From: Planctomycetota bacterium
GTDB lineage: Bacteria > Planctomycetota > PLA2 > JAEUHO01
Length of the DNA stretch: 25,784 nucleotides
NCBI GenBank assembly: GCA_050248855.1
Contig: JBFWRP010000042.1
Coordinates: 1-25,784 of the forward strand
Direction of reading: 5' to 3'
The translations under genes were made by a program, and so were the position numbers. This document shows, one piece after another, positions 7,362 through 15,458 of this stretch. Under the pieces are notes generated by a model, which ran no database searches, was not told the origin of the DNA, and worked only from the letters and a program-made list of their open reading frames with translations. How positions within the stretch are numbered: position 1 is the first letter of the stretch; every line of letters starts with the position of its first letter.

Positions 7362-7799
7362 TCATCCCTTTCCTCCGCTGGTCGTGGGGGGCGCCGCGTC
7401 CCCGGCATCCAGGGCGTCGAGGATGGGGCACTCCTCCACGGGCCCACGGCCACGGCAGCGGTTCGCCAACCTCGTCAGCGCCTCCTCCATTCGGCGCAGG
7501 GACTCGATCTTCTCGTGGATGTCCGCGATCTTCTCGCGTGTGCGCTGGCGGATGTCTGCACACCCGACGCCGGGACGCACCCGGAGATCGAGCAGCGCGC
7601 GGATCTCCTTCAGCGTGAATCCCAGCGCCTGGGCCTGGCGGACGAACTGCACGCGGCGCAGCGTGTCGGGAGGGAACTGGCGATAGCCCGCACCCGTTCG
7701 CGGTGGCTTGGGAATGAGCCCACGGCGCTCGTAGTAGCGGATCGTCTGCGGGTTGACCCCCGCGGCGCGAGCGAGGGCGAGGGACGTGAGCGACTGCAT
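7362..7799 (-). CDS. merR: MerR-family heavy-metal-responsive regulator, Hg(II)-MerR-like
   Basis: LARAAGVNPQTIRYYERRGLI...GYRQF...AQALGFTLKEI. C80, C115 and C124 match the spacing of the Tn501/Tn21 MerR triad C82/C117/C126. Confidence 0.92.
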   Translation of the reverse strand: MQSLTSLALARAAGVNPQTIRYYERRGLIPKPPRTGAGYRQFPPDTLRRVQFVRQAQALGFTLKEIRALLDLRVRPGVGCADIRQRTREKIADIHEKIESLRRMEEALTRLANRCRGRGPVEECPILDALDAGDAAPPTTSGGKG

Positions 7800-7808
7800 G
7801 GCGCGCCC

Positions 7809-7840
7809 ATTCTACAGCCTGTACCTAGGTACAAGGTCAA
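7809..7840 (-). promoter_or_regulatory. MerR-type sigma70 promoter/operator
   Basis: -35 TTGACC (7840-7835), a 20-bp spacer containing the perfect palindrome TGTACCTAGGTACA (7820-7833; GTAC-N4-GTAC as in mer operators), and -10 TAGAAT (7814-7809). Confidence 0.9.
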
Positions 7841-8113
7841 GCACGAAGTCGGGAGGACGCTGCACGACCCGATGGGGTGGGGGGGCCTTCCATCTCTAGG
7901 AATGGAGCCCCCCGAGCGGGCGCGTGGGCGTGTCGTTCTTTTCACGGGATAGGGGGGTTCGCGTGGCGCGCGATTCTGCCCCGGGTTCTGTCCCCCCAGA
8001 GCCCTAGAGTCTGGGCTGTGGCGCCCGAGGGGCTGTGTACGCACGCCCGGGCGCCACGCGGGGTCTCCAGCCCCCGCGAGCGTCAAGAGCCGCTCTGCGG
8101 AATGGAGATCTCC

Positions 8114-8446
8114 ATGGACCTGTACTCGTCCCCCCGCGCCATCATCTGCCCGGACTGCGGGAAGTTCACGCTCGTCGGCAGCCGAGGCCCGATGCCCGAG
8201 CGGTGCCGCCAGTGCCGCGCCTGGCGGCGGCGCCCGATCCGGCCGGAGCGCCTCGCCGGGAAGACAACCTGTTCGACCTGCGGCGCCGAGGTCCCCGTTC
8301 TGGGACGGCGCGGCCAACTGCCCAGGTTCTGCCGTCCCTGCCGGCGGGAGGCCGCGAACGCCAAGCGCCGGGTCGGCCCGCCGATCACCGGGCTCATCAC
8401 CGCCGAGGACTGGGCGCCCTACCTCCCGCCGCGACTGGAGTGGTAG
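8114..8446 (+). CDS. Double zinc-ribbon protein (110 aa)
   Basis: GGAG RBS before ATG 8114. Two similar units: CPDC...RGPMPERCRQCR and CSTC...RGQLPRFCRPCR. Confidence 0.7.
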   Translation: MDLYSSPRAIICPDCGKFTLVGSRGPMPERCRQCRAWRRRPIRPERLAGKTTCSTCGAEVPVLGRRGQLPRFCRPCRREAANAKRRVGPPITGLITAEDWAPYLPPRLEW

Positions 8447-8605
8447 TCCGGCCGGGTCCCCGGCCCGGGCGCTGGCATGCAACGCACGAGGGCGCTCCAC
8501 GGGCTGGGAACGGGGGGCTCGGCGTGCAGCGTGCGGAGTGCATGACGTTCGGCACCGAACCTCTGCCGCCCCGAAGCGGTACAGTGGCAGACGAGGAGGT
8601 TGTCG

Positions 8606-9946
8606 ATGCGCTGGTTCGTGCCAGGTGGCGTCCTCCTGCTCGGAGCCCTCCTGACCCTCGGCGGTCGCTTCGTCTTCGGACCCCGCGAGGAGGTGTCGGC
8701 GCGTGCCGACCGCCTGCGCAACGAGCCGAATGCCACGCCGGCCAGCCAGGCTCCGCAACTCGTCGGGCGTCCCGCCGCGCAACCGGGCGCCTCGGTCGTA
8801 GGGGCGGGCGGCGCCGAGGCGCACGCGGCGCCGCCCGGTGCCGTCGGGAGGCCGGCCGACCTCGTCCTCGTGGAGGCCACGACGGACCGCGACACCTACT
8901 CGTTGGGGGAGCCCGTCCGCATCCGGCGGACCTTCGAGAACCCGTCGGACCGACCGATCCACATGGACGCGGCGGCGTGGCGCCACAAGGCCCACGCGGA
9001 GGTGGTGCTGGCGACCGGGAGAGGGGCGGGGATACGGGAGCCCTCGACGCACGGCGTCCCAGAGGTCACGATCGCGCCCGGGAAGCAGGTCGTCAACGAG
9101 CTCGTCGTCGAGCTGCCTGCACCCGGCACCTGGACGGTCGAGATCCCGCCCGAGTATCAGATCCGAGGCTCGGGGCGCACGTGCTTCCGGCTCCAGGTCA
9201 CGGTGGTCGATCGCATCGACGAGCCCGCCCTCGCGGCGAAGTTCGAGCGCCTCGCCCGCGCGATCGAGAAGGAGGACCCCTCCTGCCCGACCTGCTGGTC
9301 GGACGCGCACAAGGACCTCGCGACGCTCGGAGCCGCCGCCGTGCCCCATCTCCGTCGCTGGCTGCGCGAGGCCGAGGTCGCGCACCTGCGTGCCGTTGCC
9401 GCGAAGATCCTGGGCCCCCAGGTTCGCGCGGGCGCCCTGGGCCGGGACGAACTGCTCGCGGGCCTGACGGATCCCGAGGCGTCCGTACGCACGATGTGCG
9501 TCGCCGCCCTGGCGGGGACCGTTGGCCGCGACGTGGTGGACGCGCTCCTGCTCCGGCTCCGCGACGCGGACCGTTGGGTGCGCTTCGAGGCGATCCGGTC
9601 CGTCGCGCAGTCCGACGACGCGCGGGTCGTGCCTGCCCTCGTCGAGTCCCTCGAGGACGCGGAGGCGTTCGTTGCTCAGCGGGCGGCGGAGGCCCTTGCC
9701 GACAAGGGGAGCGCCGCGGGGATCCGGGTGCTGGTGGAGGCACTCGTCGCGGACCCCGTCCTGACCGCCTTCAGCGTTGTGGACGCCCTCGAGAAGCTCG
9801 CCGGGGTCTCCTTCGGCAAGGCGGAGATGCCCCTGGTCCACTCCAACGTCGAGGCCACCGAGGAGGCCGTCCGCGCGAACGAGACCGTCGCCAGGCGCTG
9901 GCGCGAGTGGTGGGAGAGCGAGGGGCGTAGGCGCTTCGGCGACTGA
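8606..9946 (+). CDS. Secreted/membrane-anchored HEAT-repeat (PBS-lyase-like) protein with an N-terminal beta-rich domain
   Basis: GAGGAGG RBS, hydrophobic N-terminus, repeats LTDPEASVR / LRDADRWVRFEA / LEDAEAFVAQRA, C-terminal WREWW. Confidence 0.85.
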   Translation: MRWFVPGGVLLLGALLTLGGRFVFGPREEVSARADRLRNEPNATPASQAPQLVGRPAAQPGASVVGAGGAEAHAAPPGAVGRPADLVLVEATTDRDTYSLGEPVRIRRTFENPSDRPIHMDAAAWRHKAHAEVVLATGRGAGIREPSTHGVPEVTIAPGKQVVNELVVELPAPGTWTVEIPPEYQIRGSGRTCFRLQVTVVDRIDEPALAAKFERLARAIEKEDPSCPTCWSDAHKDLATLGAAAVPHLRRWLREAEVAHLRAVAAKILGPQVRAGALGRDELLAGLTDPEASVRTMCVAALAGTVGRDVVDALLLRLRDADRWVRFEAIRSVAQSDDARVVPALVESLEDAEAFVAQRAAEALADKGSAAGIRVLVEALVADPVLTAFSVVDALEKLAGVSFGKAEMPLVHSNVEATEEAVRANETVARRWREWWESEGRRRFGD

Positions 9947-9983
9947 CCAGTACGGAGTCGAGCGTTGATCCCGGCGCCGGCGC

Positions 9984-10147
9984 CTGTCCGTGGCGGCATG
10001 CACGATGGTGCGCGTCACCCGGCCGGGGAGTCCCATGCCCTTCCGCCTGTTCCACGACTTCTTCCCGGCGATCGCTGAGCGCGAAACCCGCACGCTCATC
10101 GTGCCGCCGGGGTCCACGAAGGCAGCCCTCCCCGTGGGGGAGTACGG
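9984..10147 (+). repeat. Copy 1 of a 164-bp direct repeat (copy 2 at 11274-11437)
   Basis: Ungapped alignment at offset 1290, 16 mismatches by hand count (~90% identity). Confidence 0.95.
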
Positions 10148-10211
10148 GGTGCCTCGGGCGTTGCGCTCGCGGTCCCGCGCGAGGACCCTGGGCGCAGGGC
10201 ACGTCCGGTGA
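10035..10211 (+). pseudogene. Truncated paralogue of the 11325-11828 gene
   Basis: MPFRLFHDFFPAIAERETRTLIVPPGSTKAALPVGEYG, then similarity stops abruptly before the Cys motif. Confidence 0.8.
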
Positions 10212-10289
10212 CGACACCCAGCCCGTCGTCCGCGTCGTCCCCGGGCGGCTCGCGTGTGGGCCCCTGGACGACCCATAGAATCAGCCACT

Positions 10290-10856
10290 ATGCGCATGAC
10301 CTTCGCCGTGCTCCTGTTCCTGCTCATGCCGCCGGTCGCTTCGGGTCCAGCGCGATGCGAACCGGAATCTCCGCTCGCGCAACTCGGGTCGACCGAACTT
10401 GAGGTGAGGCATTGGGAGGGCACGTTCGGTACGTACCTCCAGCCTGCGGTCGGAGACCGCATCGTTTTCGATCCGTCGAGGTTGGGCCGCTCCGGGCTCG
10501 TCACCGTCGTTCCCGCTTCGGGAGCCGGGGGCGCATTCCCCCTCGATCACTTGCGCGTGGAGTTGGACGTTCGCCAAGGCGACGAGGCGACCGGGTGGAC
10601 ACGCCGCATTGTCTTGAAGGGGCGCAGGTCGGAGATGATCGCAGAGAAGACGGTCCTCGAACTCGTGTTGAAGCGAGTCGTGGCCACATCGGAAGTTTGT
10701 GACGGTCGCACCGTGGCCTTGACCGGAAACGAGACATCCGCAACCCTCCGCATCTACTCCCTACGCGACGACGAGACCATCCGCGAGTACGGGAGCGCAT
10801 TGGCCTACCACGACCTCGACGCGGGGACCCGGATCCCGAGCAAGCCGAGCCGGTAG
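10290..10856 (+). CDS. Hypothetical secreted protein
   Basis: Signal-peptide-like MRMTFAVLLFLLMPPVA, beta-rich body, TAGAAT 8 nt upstream of the ATG. Confidence 0.65.
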   Translation: MRMTFAVLLFLLMPPVASGPARCEPESPLAQLGSTELEVRHWEGTFGTYLQPAVGDRIVFDPSRLGRSGLVTVVPASGAGGAFPLDHLRVELDVRQGDEATGWTRRIVLKGRRSEMIAEKTVLELVLKRVVATSEVCDGRTVALTGNETSATLRIYSLRDDETIREYGSALAYHDLDAGTRIPSKPSR

Positions 10857-11015
10857 CACTCGCCGACCAGCGGCACACCCCCGCCCGGCGAGACGTTCCC
10901 GACGATGCGCTACGGGCTGGCACAAGAGAGGGCATGGAGTCGCGACCCGGGTACTACTACCCGGGTGCTGGAGACGTAACCGTTCACGGCATTTGAGGCC
11001 GCCAAGCGGGATCAG

Positions 11016-11258
11016 GTGGGCATGAGAGAGGGCGGCGCCAGCCCGTTGAGGTGCGCATCGACGGCTTGGCAGATGAACTGGAACGCGGATCGTCCCTGCG
11101 TAGCGCAGGTGGCCATGCACCGCGAGGGGGACGAGATCGAGTCGCCCCGGCGGATGAGACGGCTGAAGGAACTCCTGCGCATCAACCACAGGCTCCTCGA
11201 TCTGGGCGACCGGCTCGGGATGAGCCGGCTGGCTCGCGCGCGCATGGGGCTCCGGTAG
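11016..11258 (+). CDS. Small ORF or remnant, C-terminus weakly like P27-family terminase small subunits
   Basis: LLDLGDRLGMSRLARARMGL resembles the LGLxPxxRxR tail. Start is uncertain. Confidence 0.25.
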   Translation: MGMREGGASPLRCASTAWQMNWNADRPCVAQVAMHREGDEIESPRRMRRLKELLRINHRLLDLGDRLGMSRLARARMGLR

Positions 11259-11273
11259 CGCTTTGCCGCTCCG

Positions 11274-11437
11274 CTGTCCGTGGCGGGATGCACCATGCTG
11301 CGCGTCACCCGGCCGGGGAGTCCCATGCCCTACCGCCAGTTCCACGACTTCTTCCCCGAGATCGCCGAGCGCGAGACCCGCACGATCATCGTGCCGCCGG
11401 GCGCCACGAAGGCCGCGCTCCCGGTGGGAGAGTACGG
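11274..11437 (+). repeat. Copy 2 of the 164-bp direct repeat
   Basis: See 9984-10147. Covers 51 bp of upstream DNA and the first ~38 codons. Confidence 0.95.
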
Positions 11438-11828
11438 CCTCGTCGAGATGTTCTGCGACGAGCGCGGCTGCGACTGCCGGCGCGTGTTCCTCGCCGTCAT
11501 GTCCAAGCGCCGGGGGCCGGAGGCGGTCATCGCGTGGGGGTGGGAGCCGCGGGAGTTCTACGCCCGCTGGTCGGGCGAGGACGACGAGATCCTGCTCGAC
11601 AGCCTCGTGGGACCTGCGCTCAACCTAGGGAGCTCCGAGACCGAGCTCGCCCAGCCCCTGCTCGAGCTCGTGACCGGGCTGGTTCGTACCGACCACGCGT
11701 ACGCGGTGCGGATCCAGGAGCACTACCGCATGTTCCGCGCCCGTGTGGAGCGCAAGGTTACTGCGCGAGGCTGGTTCGATGCGGGGGACATTCGTTCCCG
11801 TCCGAAGCGCTCGCGGCATCGCCGCTGA
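11325..11828 (+). CDS. Conserved hypothetical protein with CxxxxCDCRRV motif (probable metal-binding)
   Basis: GGGGAG RBS. EMFCDERGCDCRRVFL...WGWE...RIQEHYRMFR. Confidence 0.8.
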   Translation: MPYRQFHDFFPEIAERETRTIIVPPGATKAALPVGEYGLVEMFCDERGCDCRRVFLAVMSKRRGPEAVIAWGWEPREFYARWSGEDDEILLDSLVGPALNLGSSETELAQPLLELVTGLVRTDHAYAVRIQEHYRMFRARVERKVTARGWFDAGDIRSRPKRSRHRR

Positions 11829-11876
11829 CCGCTCCCGGTGCATCGCGTGCGCGCGCGGCAGCTTGGCGTGCGACGC

Positions 11877-12200
11877 CTACGAGGGAGGGGACCTGCCGGG
11901 ACGAGAGACGATGCGGGGCCCGAGGCTCCCGGTCCGAGCGACGGAGCGTTCCAGGGCCTCACGCCACGGCGCCTGGGGTGGCGTGATCCGGAGGGCGGCC
12001 CCGCCGCTCGCCCGCGACGCCACCGCACAGACGTTGGCGACCGCAACCGCGGCGGGCCAGACCCAGAGCCAGTGCCAGACGCTCCACCCCGCCGCGTAGA
12101 CGATGACTCCGGCCTCGAGGGGGCCTGTGAGGAGGAGCAAGAACGCCGCCGAGAAGAGAACACGATGAAGGGCGGCGGCGGATCGTGCGACGAGGTTCAT
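11877..12200 (-). CDS. Small hypothetical membrane protein
   Basis: Two hydrophobic segments (VLFSAAFLLLLTGPLEAGVIVYAAGW; WHWLWVWPAAVAVANVCAVA). Weak RBS. Confidence 0.4.
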   Translation of the reverse strand: MNLVARSAAALHRVLFSAAFLLLLTGPLEAGVIVYAAGWSVWHWLWVWPAAVAVANVCAVASRASGGAALRITPPQAPWREALERSVARTGSLGPRIVSRPGRSPPS

Positions 12201-12343
12201 GACCGCCGCATGCTCTCGGCACCATCCGACAGGATAGAGGGGGGGGCCGCGGGCGAGACCGCCCCCCGGTGCCCGCCGCCCCGCAGGTCGTTCACGCGGC
12301 TTCTTGCGCCCGGCGGGGCGAGGGCGTGGGTGCGAGTAGCCGG

Positions 12344-14770
12344 TCAAACTGGTACGAGCAGCCGCTCTGCCGCCACCTCCGGCTCGCGGTAGCCCATCGC
12401 TCGGTACCCGCGGGCGCGGCGCTCGAACATGCGTGCGAGGACCGGCACGGACCGGTCGGCGTAGTCGTAGATGCGGACCTCCGTCTTGTCGGCGTGTCGC
12501 CGGTGGAGCCGCCCGGCGTACTGGACCAGCGTCCCTCGCCAGGACACCGGCAGCGCCAGGTGGAGCGTGTCGAGCCTGGGGTCGTCAAAGCCCTCTCCCG
12601 CGTAGCGCCCCGTGGACAGGACGACGTGCGCCTCTCCCGCTGGCAGGGCGACAAGCCGTGCTACTTCGGCCCTGCGGGCGCGCGCCCCGAGACCTCCGTG
12701 GAGCAGCACGAGGTGGGGTACGTGCGGACGTAGGCGCTCGGCCAGCAGGTCCAGGTGCTCGCGTCGTTCGGTGAGGACCAGCGGCGCGCGCCCCTCCTCA
12801 ACGGATCGCCTGACATCCGCAAGGATGAGATCGTTTCGCGCGTCGTCGGCAGCCAAGAGCCCGTAGATCTGCTGGATGCCGGGCGCCTGCGCCGCGCCGT
12901 CCAGCCGGAAGGCGGTTTCCCGGACGTGGAGCCACCGCGCGAACGTCGTTGTGGCCGCCGCGTCCCGGGCGTCCACCCGGAACCGGACCGGGCCGCACTG
13001 CATGGTAACGATGGGATCGTGACCGTCGCGTCGGCGCAGCGTCGCGGTGAGGCCGGTCACGAAGCGCGCCTTCACTTCGGCCAGAACCTGCTCGAAGGAC
13101 ACGGCCGAGACGTGGTGGCATTCGTCCACGACGACGTGGCCGTACTGGGCCACGACGTCCGAGACGCGGCCCCTGCGGGAGAGGCTCTGGATCATCGCCA
13201 CGTCGAGCCTGCCGTTCGCTTTGGAGTGACCGGCACCGATGCGGCCGATCTCCTTGGGCGCGAGCCCGAGGAAGAGGGCGAGCTGTGCGCGCCATTGGTC
13301 CAGGAGCGGCCTTCGGTGGACCAGGACGAGGGTGCTCCGCGCACGCTCTGCGATCAGTCGGATGCCGACGACCGTCTTCCCGGCGCCGGGCGGCATCACG
13401 AGGACCCCGTTGTCGTGACGGAGCATCGCGTCGACGGCCTGCTGCTGCGTGGCGCCCAACGCCCCGTCGAAGGCCACCTCGAGCGGCGCCCCCGCGGTCC
13501 GCTCGTCCCGAACCGCCAGCGACACGCCGTACTCGCCCAGCAGGGACCCGAGGCTCTCGCGGCACCCTCGCGGGAGACCCATGTGGAGCGCCGTCTCCTC
13601 CGCGCAGCCGATCACCCGCGGGGTGAGTGCCGTCGAGAGGCGCATTCCCTGACGCTCGTAGAACTGCGGGTTCTGGAACGCCGCGAGGCGCTTGACCTCG
13701 TTCAGGAGCGGTGATGGGAGCCCCGCCTTCTCGACGAAGAGCCGCTGGGCCGCGACGGCCCGCACGGTGGGCGGGCGTGGCCCATCGAGCTTCGCTCGGC
13801 GACGAGGTCGCGAGGGCCGACGTGCCCACGGAGTGGCGTCCCCCTCCTCGTCGTCCGTAGGCAGGGGGAGGCCGACGACCCGCCCCTCTCGGGCGGCACG
13901 CTCGGCGACATCTTCGACCAATGACCGCGGGGTCGGGGAGAGGCCCTGCAAGTAGGCCCAGGGATCGTCGAGGGGTTCCAGGTCCCCGTCCAGGAACAGC
14001 GTGTTGCCTCGCTTGCGCGCCTCGTGCTGGAGCGGCAGAGCGATCAGGTTCCCGAAGCCGCCCGCCGGCATGGTGTCCTGGCTAGGGAAGAGCCGGTCGT
14101 AGGAGGCGAGGCTCATGGCGTGACGCCGGCTCATCGTCTCCGTGAGGATGTGGCATCCCATGCGACGCGCCGTGGCAGCCGGCACGGGATCCGAGAAGAA
14201 GATCCACGCGTGCGCGCCGTTCCCGGACCGCGACCGTTCCACCGTGACGGCGATCCCGGCGTCCAGGCACGTGTCACGGAACGAGCGCACGTCGTCCTGC
14301 CACGTCTGCTCGTCGAAGTCGGCGGCGAGCAGCCAGCACGTTTCGTCCTTGAGCAGCGGGTAGAGCCCGAGCACGTGCTGTCCACGCAGATGACCGAGCA
14401 GGGCCTCGTCCGTGAGCGGAAGGAAGGCCCGGTTGGGGCACGCACCGCAGCGCACGCGCGGCTTCTCGCAGACGCCTTGCACCCACTCATTGCTGCAGGC
14501 GGGGGCGTAGCCCCTCTTCCCCGTACGCCGGTTCTCCCAGAGGCGCGGGTACAGATCGTCACGGCCTCGGAAGAATCGGCGGAAGAGCGCGAGCTTCTCC
14601 GCTGGTGCCATGGCGCCGCCGGGTCCGCCGGGAGGGCATGCTTCGCCCGTGGCGCACGGTGCGGCCCTCGCTCGGAGCCTCGCGAGGGTTGCCAGGGTCC
14701 GGCGACGTTCGCGCTCGAGGGCAGCGAGACGGGCCTCGGCTTCGTCGATGGTCTGGGGGTCGTGGGACAC
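12344..14770 (-). CDS. Archaeo-eukaryotic primase (TOTE-conflict-system type) fused to a ResIII-like SF2 DExH helicase
   Basis: FRGRDD...LLAADFD...ERSRSGNGAHAWIFF...GFGNLIALPLQ (AEP motifs). PPGAGKT, VVVDECHH, GLTAT, EGFDDPRLD, QYAGRLHR (SF2 motifs). Confidence 0.88.
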   Translation of the reverse strand: MSHDPQTIDEAEARLAALERERRRTLATLARLRARAAPCATGEACPPGGPGGAMAPAEKLALFRRFFRGRDDLYPRLWENRRTGKRGYAPACSNEWVQGVCEKPRVRCGACPNRAFLPLTDEALLGHLRGQHVLGLYPLLKDETCWLLAADFDEQTWQDDVRSFRDTCLDAGIAVTVERSRSGNGAHAWIFFSDPVPAATARRMGCHILTETMSRRHAMSLASYDRLFPSQDTMPAGGFGNLIALPLQHEARKRGNTLFLDGDLEPLDDPWAYLQGLSPTPRSLVEDVAERAAREGRVVGLPLPTDDEEGDATPWARRPSRPRRRAKLDGPRPPTVRAVAAQRLFVEKAGLPSPLLNEVKRLAAFQNPQFYERQGMRLSTALTPRVIGCAEETALHMGLPRGCRESLGSLLGEYGVSLAVRDERTAGAPLEVAFDGALGATQQQAVDAMLRHDNGVLVMPPGAGKTVVGIRLIAERARSTLVLVHRRPLLDQWRAQLALFLGLAPKEIGRIGAGHSKANGRLDVAMIQSLSRRGRVSDVVAQYGHVVVDECHHVSAVSFEQVLAEVKARFVTGLTATLRRRDGHDPIVTMQCGPVRFRVDARDAAATTTFARWLHVRETAFRLDGAAQAPGIQQIYGLLAADDARNDLILADVRRSVEEGRAPLVLTERREHLDLLAERLRPHVPHLVLLHGGLGARARRAEVARLVALPAGEAHVVLSTGRYAGEGFDDPRLDTLHLALPVSWRGTLVQYAGRLHRRHADKTEVRIYDYADRSVPVLARMFERRARGYRAMGYREPEVAAERLLVPV

Positions 14771-14912
14771 CGGACGCTACTCCCATGCTGGGGCACCGGG
14801 CCGGGCATGGTAGGACGGACCCACGACATGCCGCCGCGACCCCGATCCCCAGAGCACCACCCCCCGTTACGATCGCCGCCATCGCGACGTTGAGGTCCGG
14901 CGCGCGAGTACG

Positions 14913-15431
14913 CTACCCCTTCTCAGTCGACAAGAGCGTATCGTGCGACACCTGGAAGTAGGGGTGCGCGCCGTGTAGCTTCGGACCCTGCTTGTTTTCC
15001 GTGCGGGCGCCCACGGCGATCAGGACCGCTTCCAGCGTGTCAAGTACAACGCGAGCCGAAGCGACGTAGTTCGCCTTCTGCTTCAGAAGATCGTCTCCGC
15101 GCTTGTTGATCTTCCGCACTCCGAACCAAGAGAAGTACTCCCACTTCGGGCCCAGCCACGCGTGGCGTGTGTGGTTGCGAAGCCGCCCGCCGAGGGATGT
15201 CGTCTGCCCCGAATAGATGGCCTCGAACATGCTGTTGTAGAGCACGTACACTCCTGCTTGCCCCCAGAAGTTGACGTGCCTTGGCTGGCGCCCGTAGTTC
15301 TTGCGACGGCGGTTCCCCCAGAGGCCTCCGCGCTTGCTCTCCCAGCGAACCGCGGTCTTCCGCCAGTGGACGCCATAGCACTGGATGAGTCCTTTGGGCT
15401 TCCGGCGCTGTGATCGCTTCTTGGCCGCCAT
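14913..15431 (-). CDS. GIY-YIG family nuclease
   Basis: GVYVLY...IYSGQT...GRLRNH...WEYFSWFG...LEAVLI...N. GGAGG RBS before ATG 15431, 27 nt after the hsdR stop. Confidence 0.8.
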   Translation of the reverse strand: MAAKKRSQRRKPKGLIQCYGVHWRKTAVRWESKRGGLWGNRRRKNYGRQPRHVNFWGQAGVYVLYNSMFEAIYSGQTTSLGGRLRNHTRHAWLGPKWEYFSWFGVRKINKRGDDLLKQKANYVASARVVLDTLEAVLIAVGARTENKQGPKLHGAHPYFQVSHDTLLSTEKG

Positions 15432-15458
15432 GCGTCCTCCCACCTGTGTGCCTGTGGC

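Noticed and set aside
7013..7364. Sec readthrough at the TGA stops of the YHS gene or merR
   Set aside because: Both domains are complete before the TGA and no Cys-equivalent position is apparent.
7610..10504. 964-aa minus-strand ORF and 631-aa ORF 8035-9930
   Set aside because: Shadow or alternative frames of the HEAT-repeat gene; Arg/Pro/Gly-rich with no domain motifs.
8100..12340. Integron cassette array
   Set aside because: No repeated attC-like elements or integron integrase seen; the only repeat extends into coding sequence.
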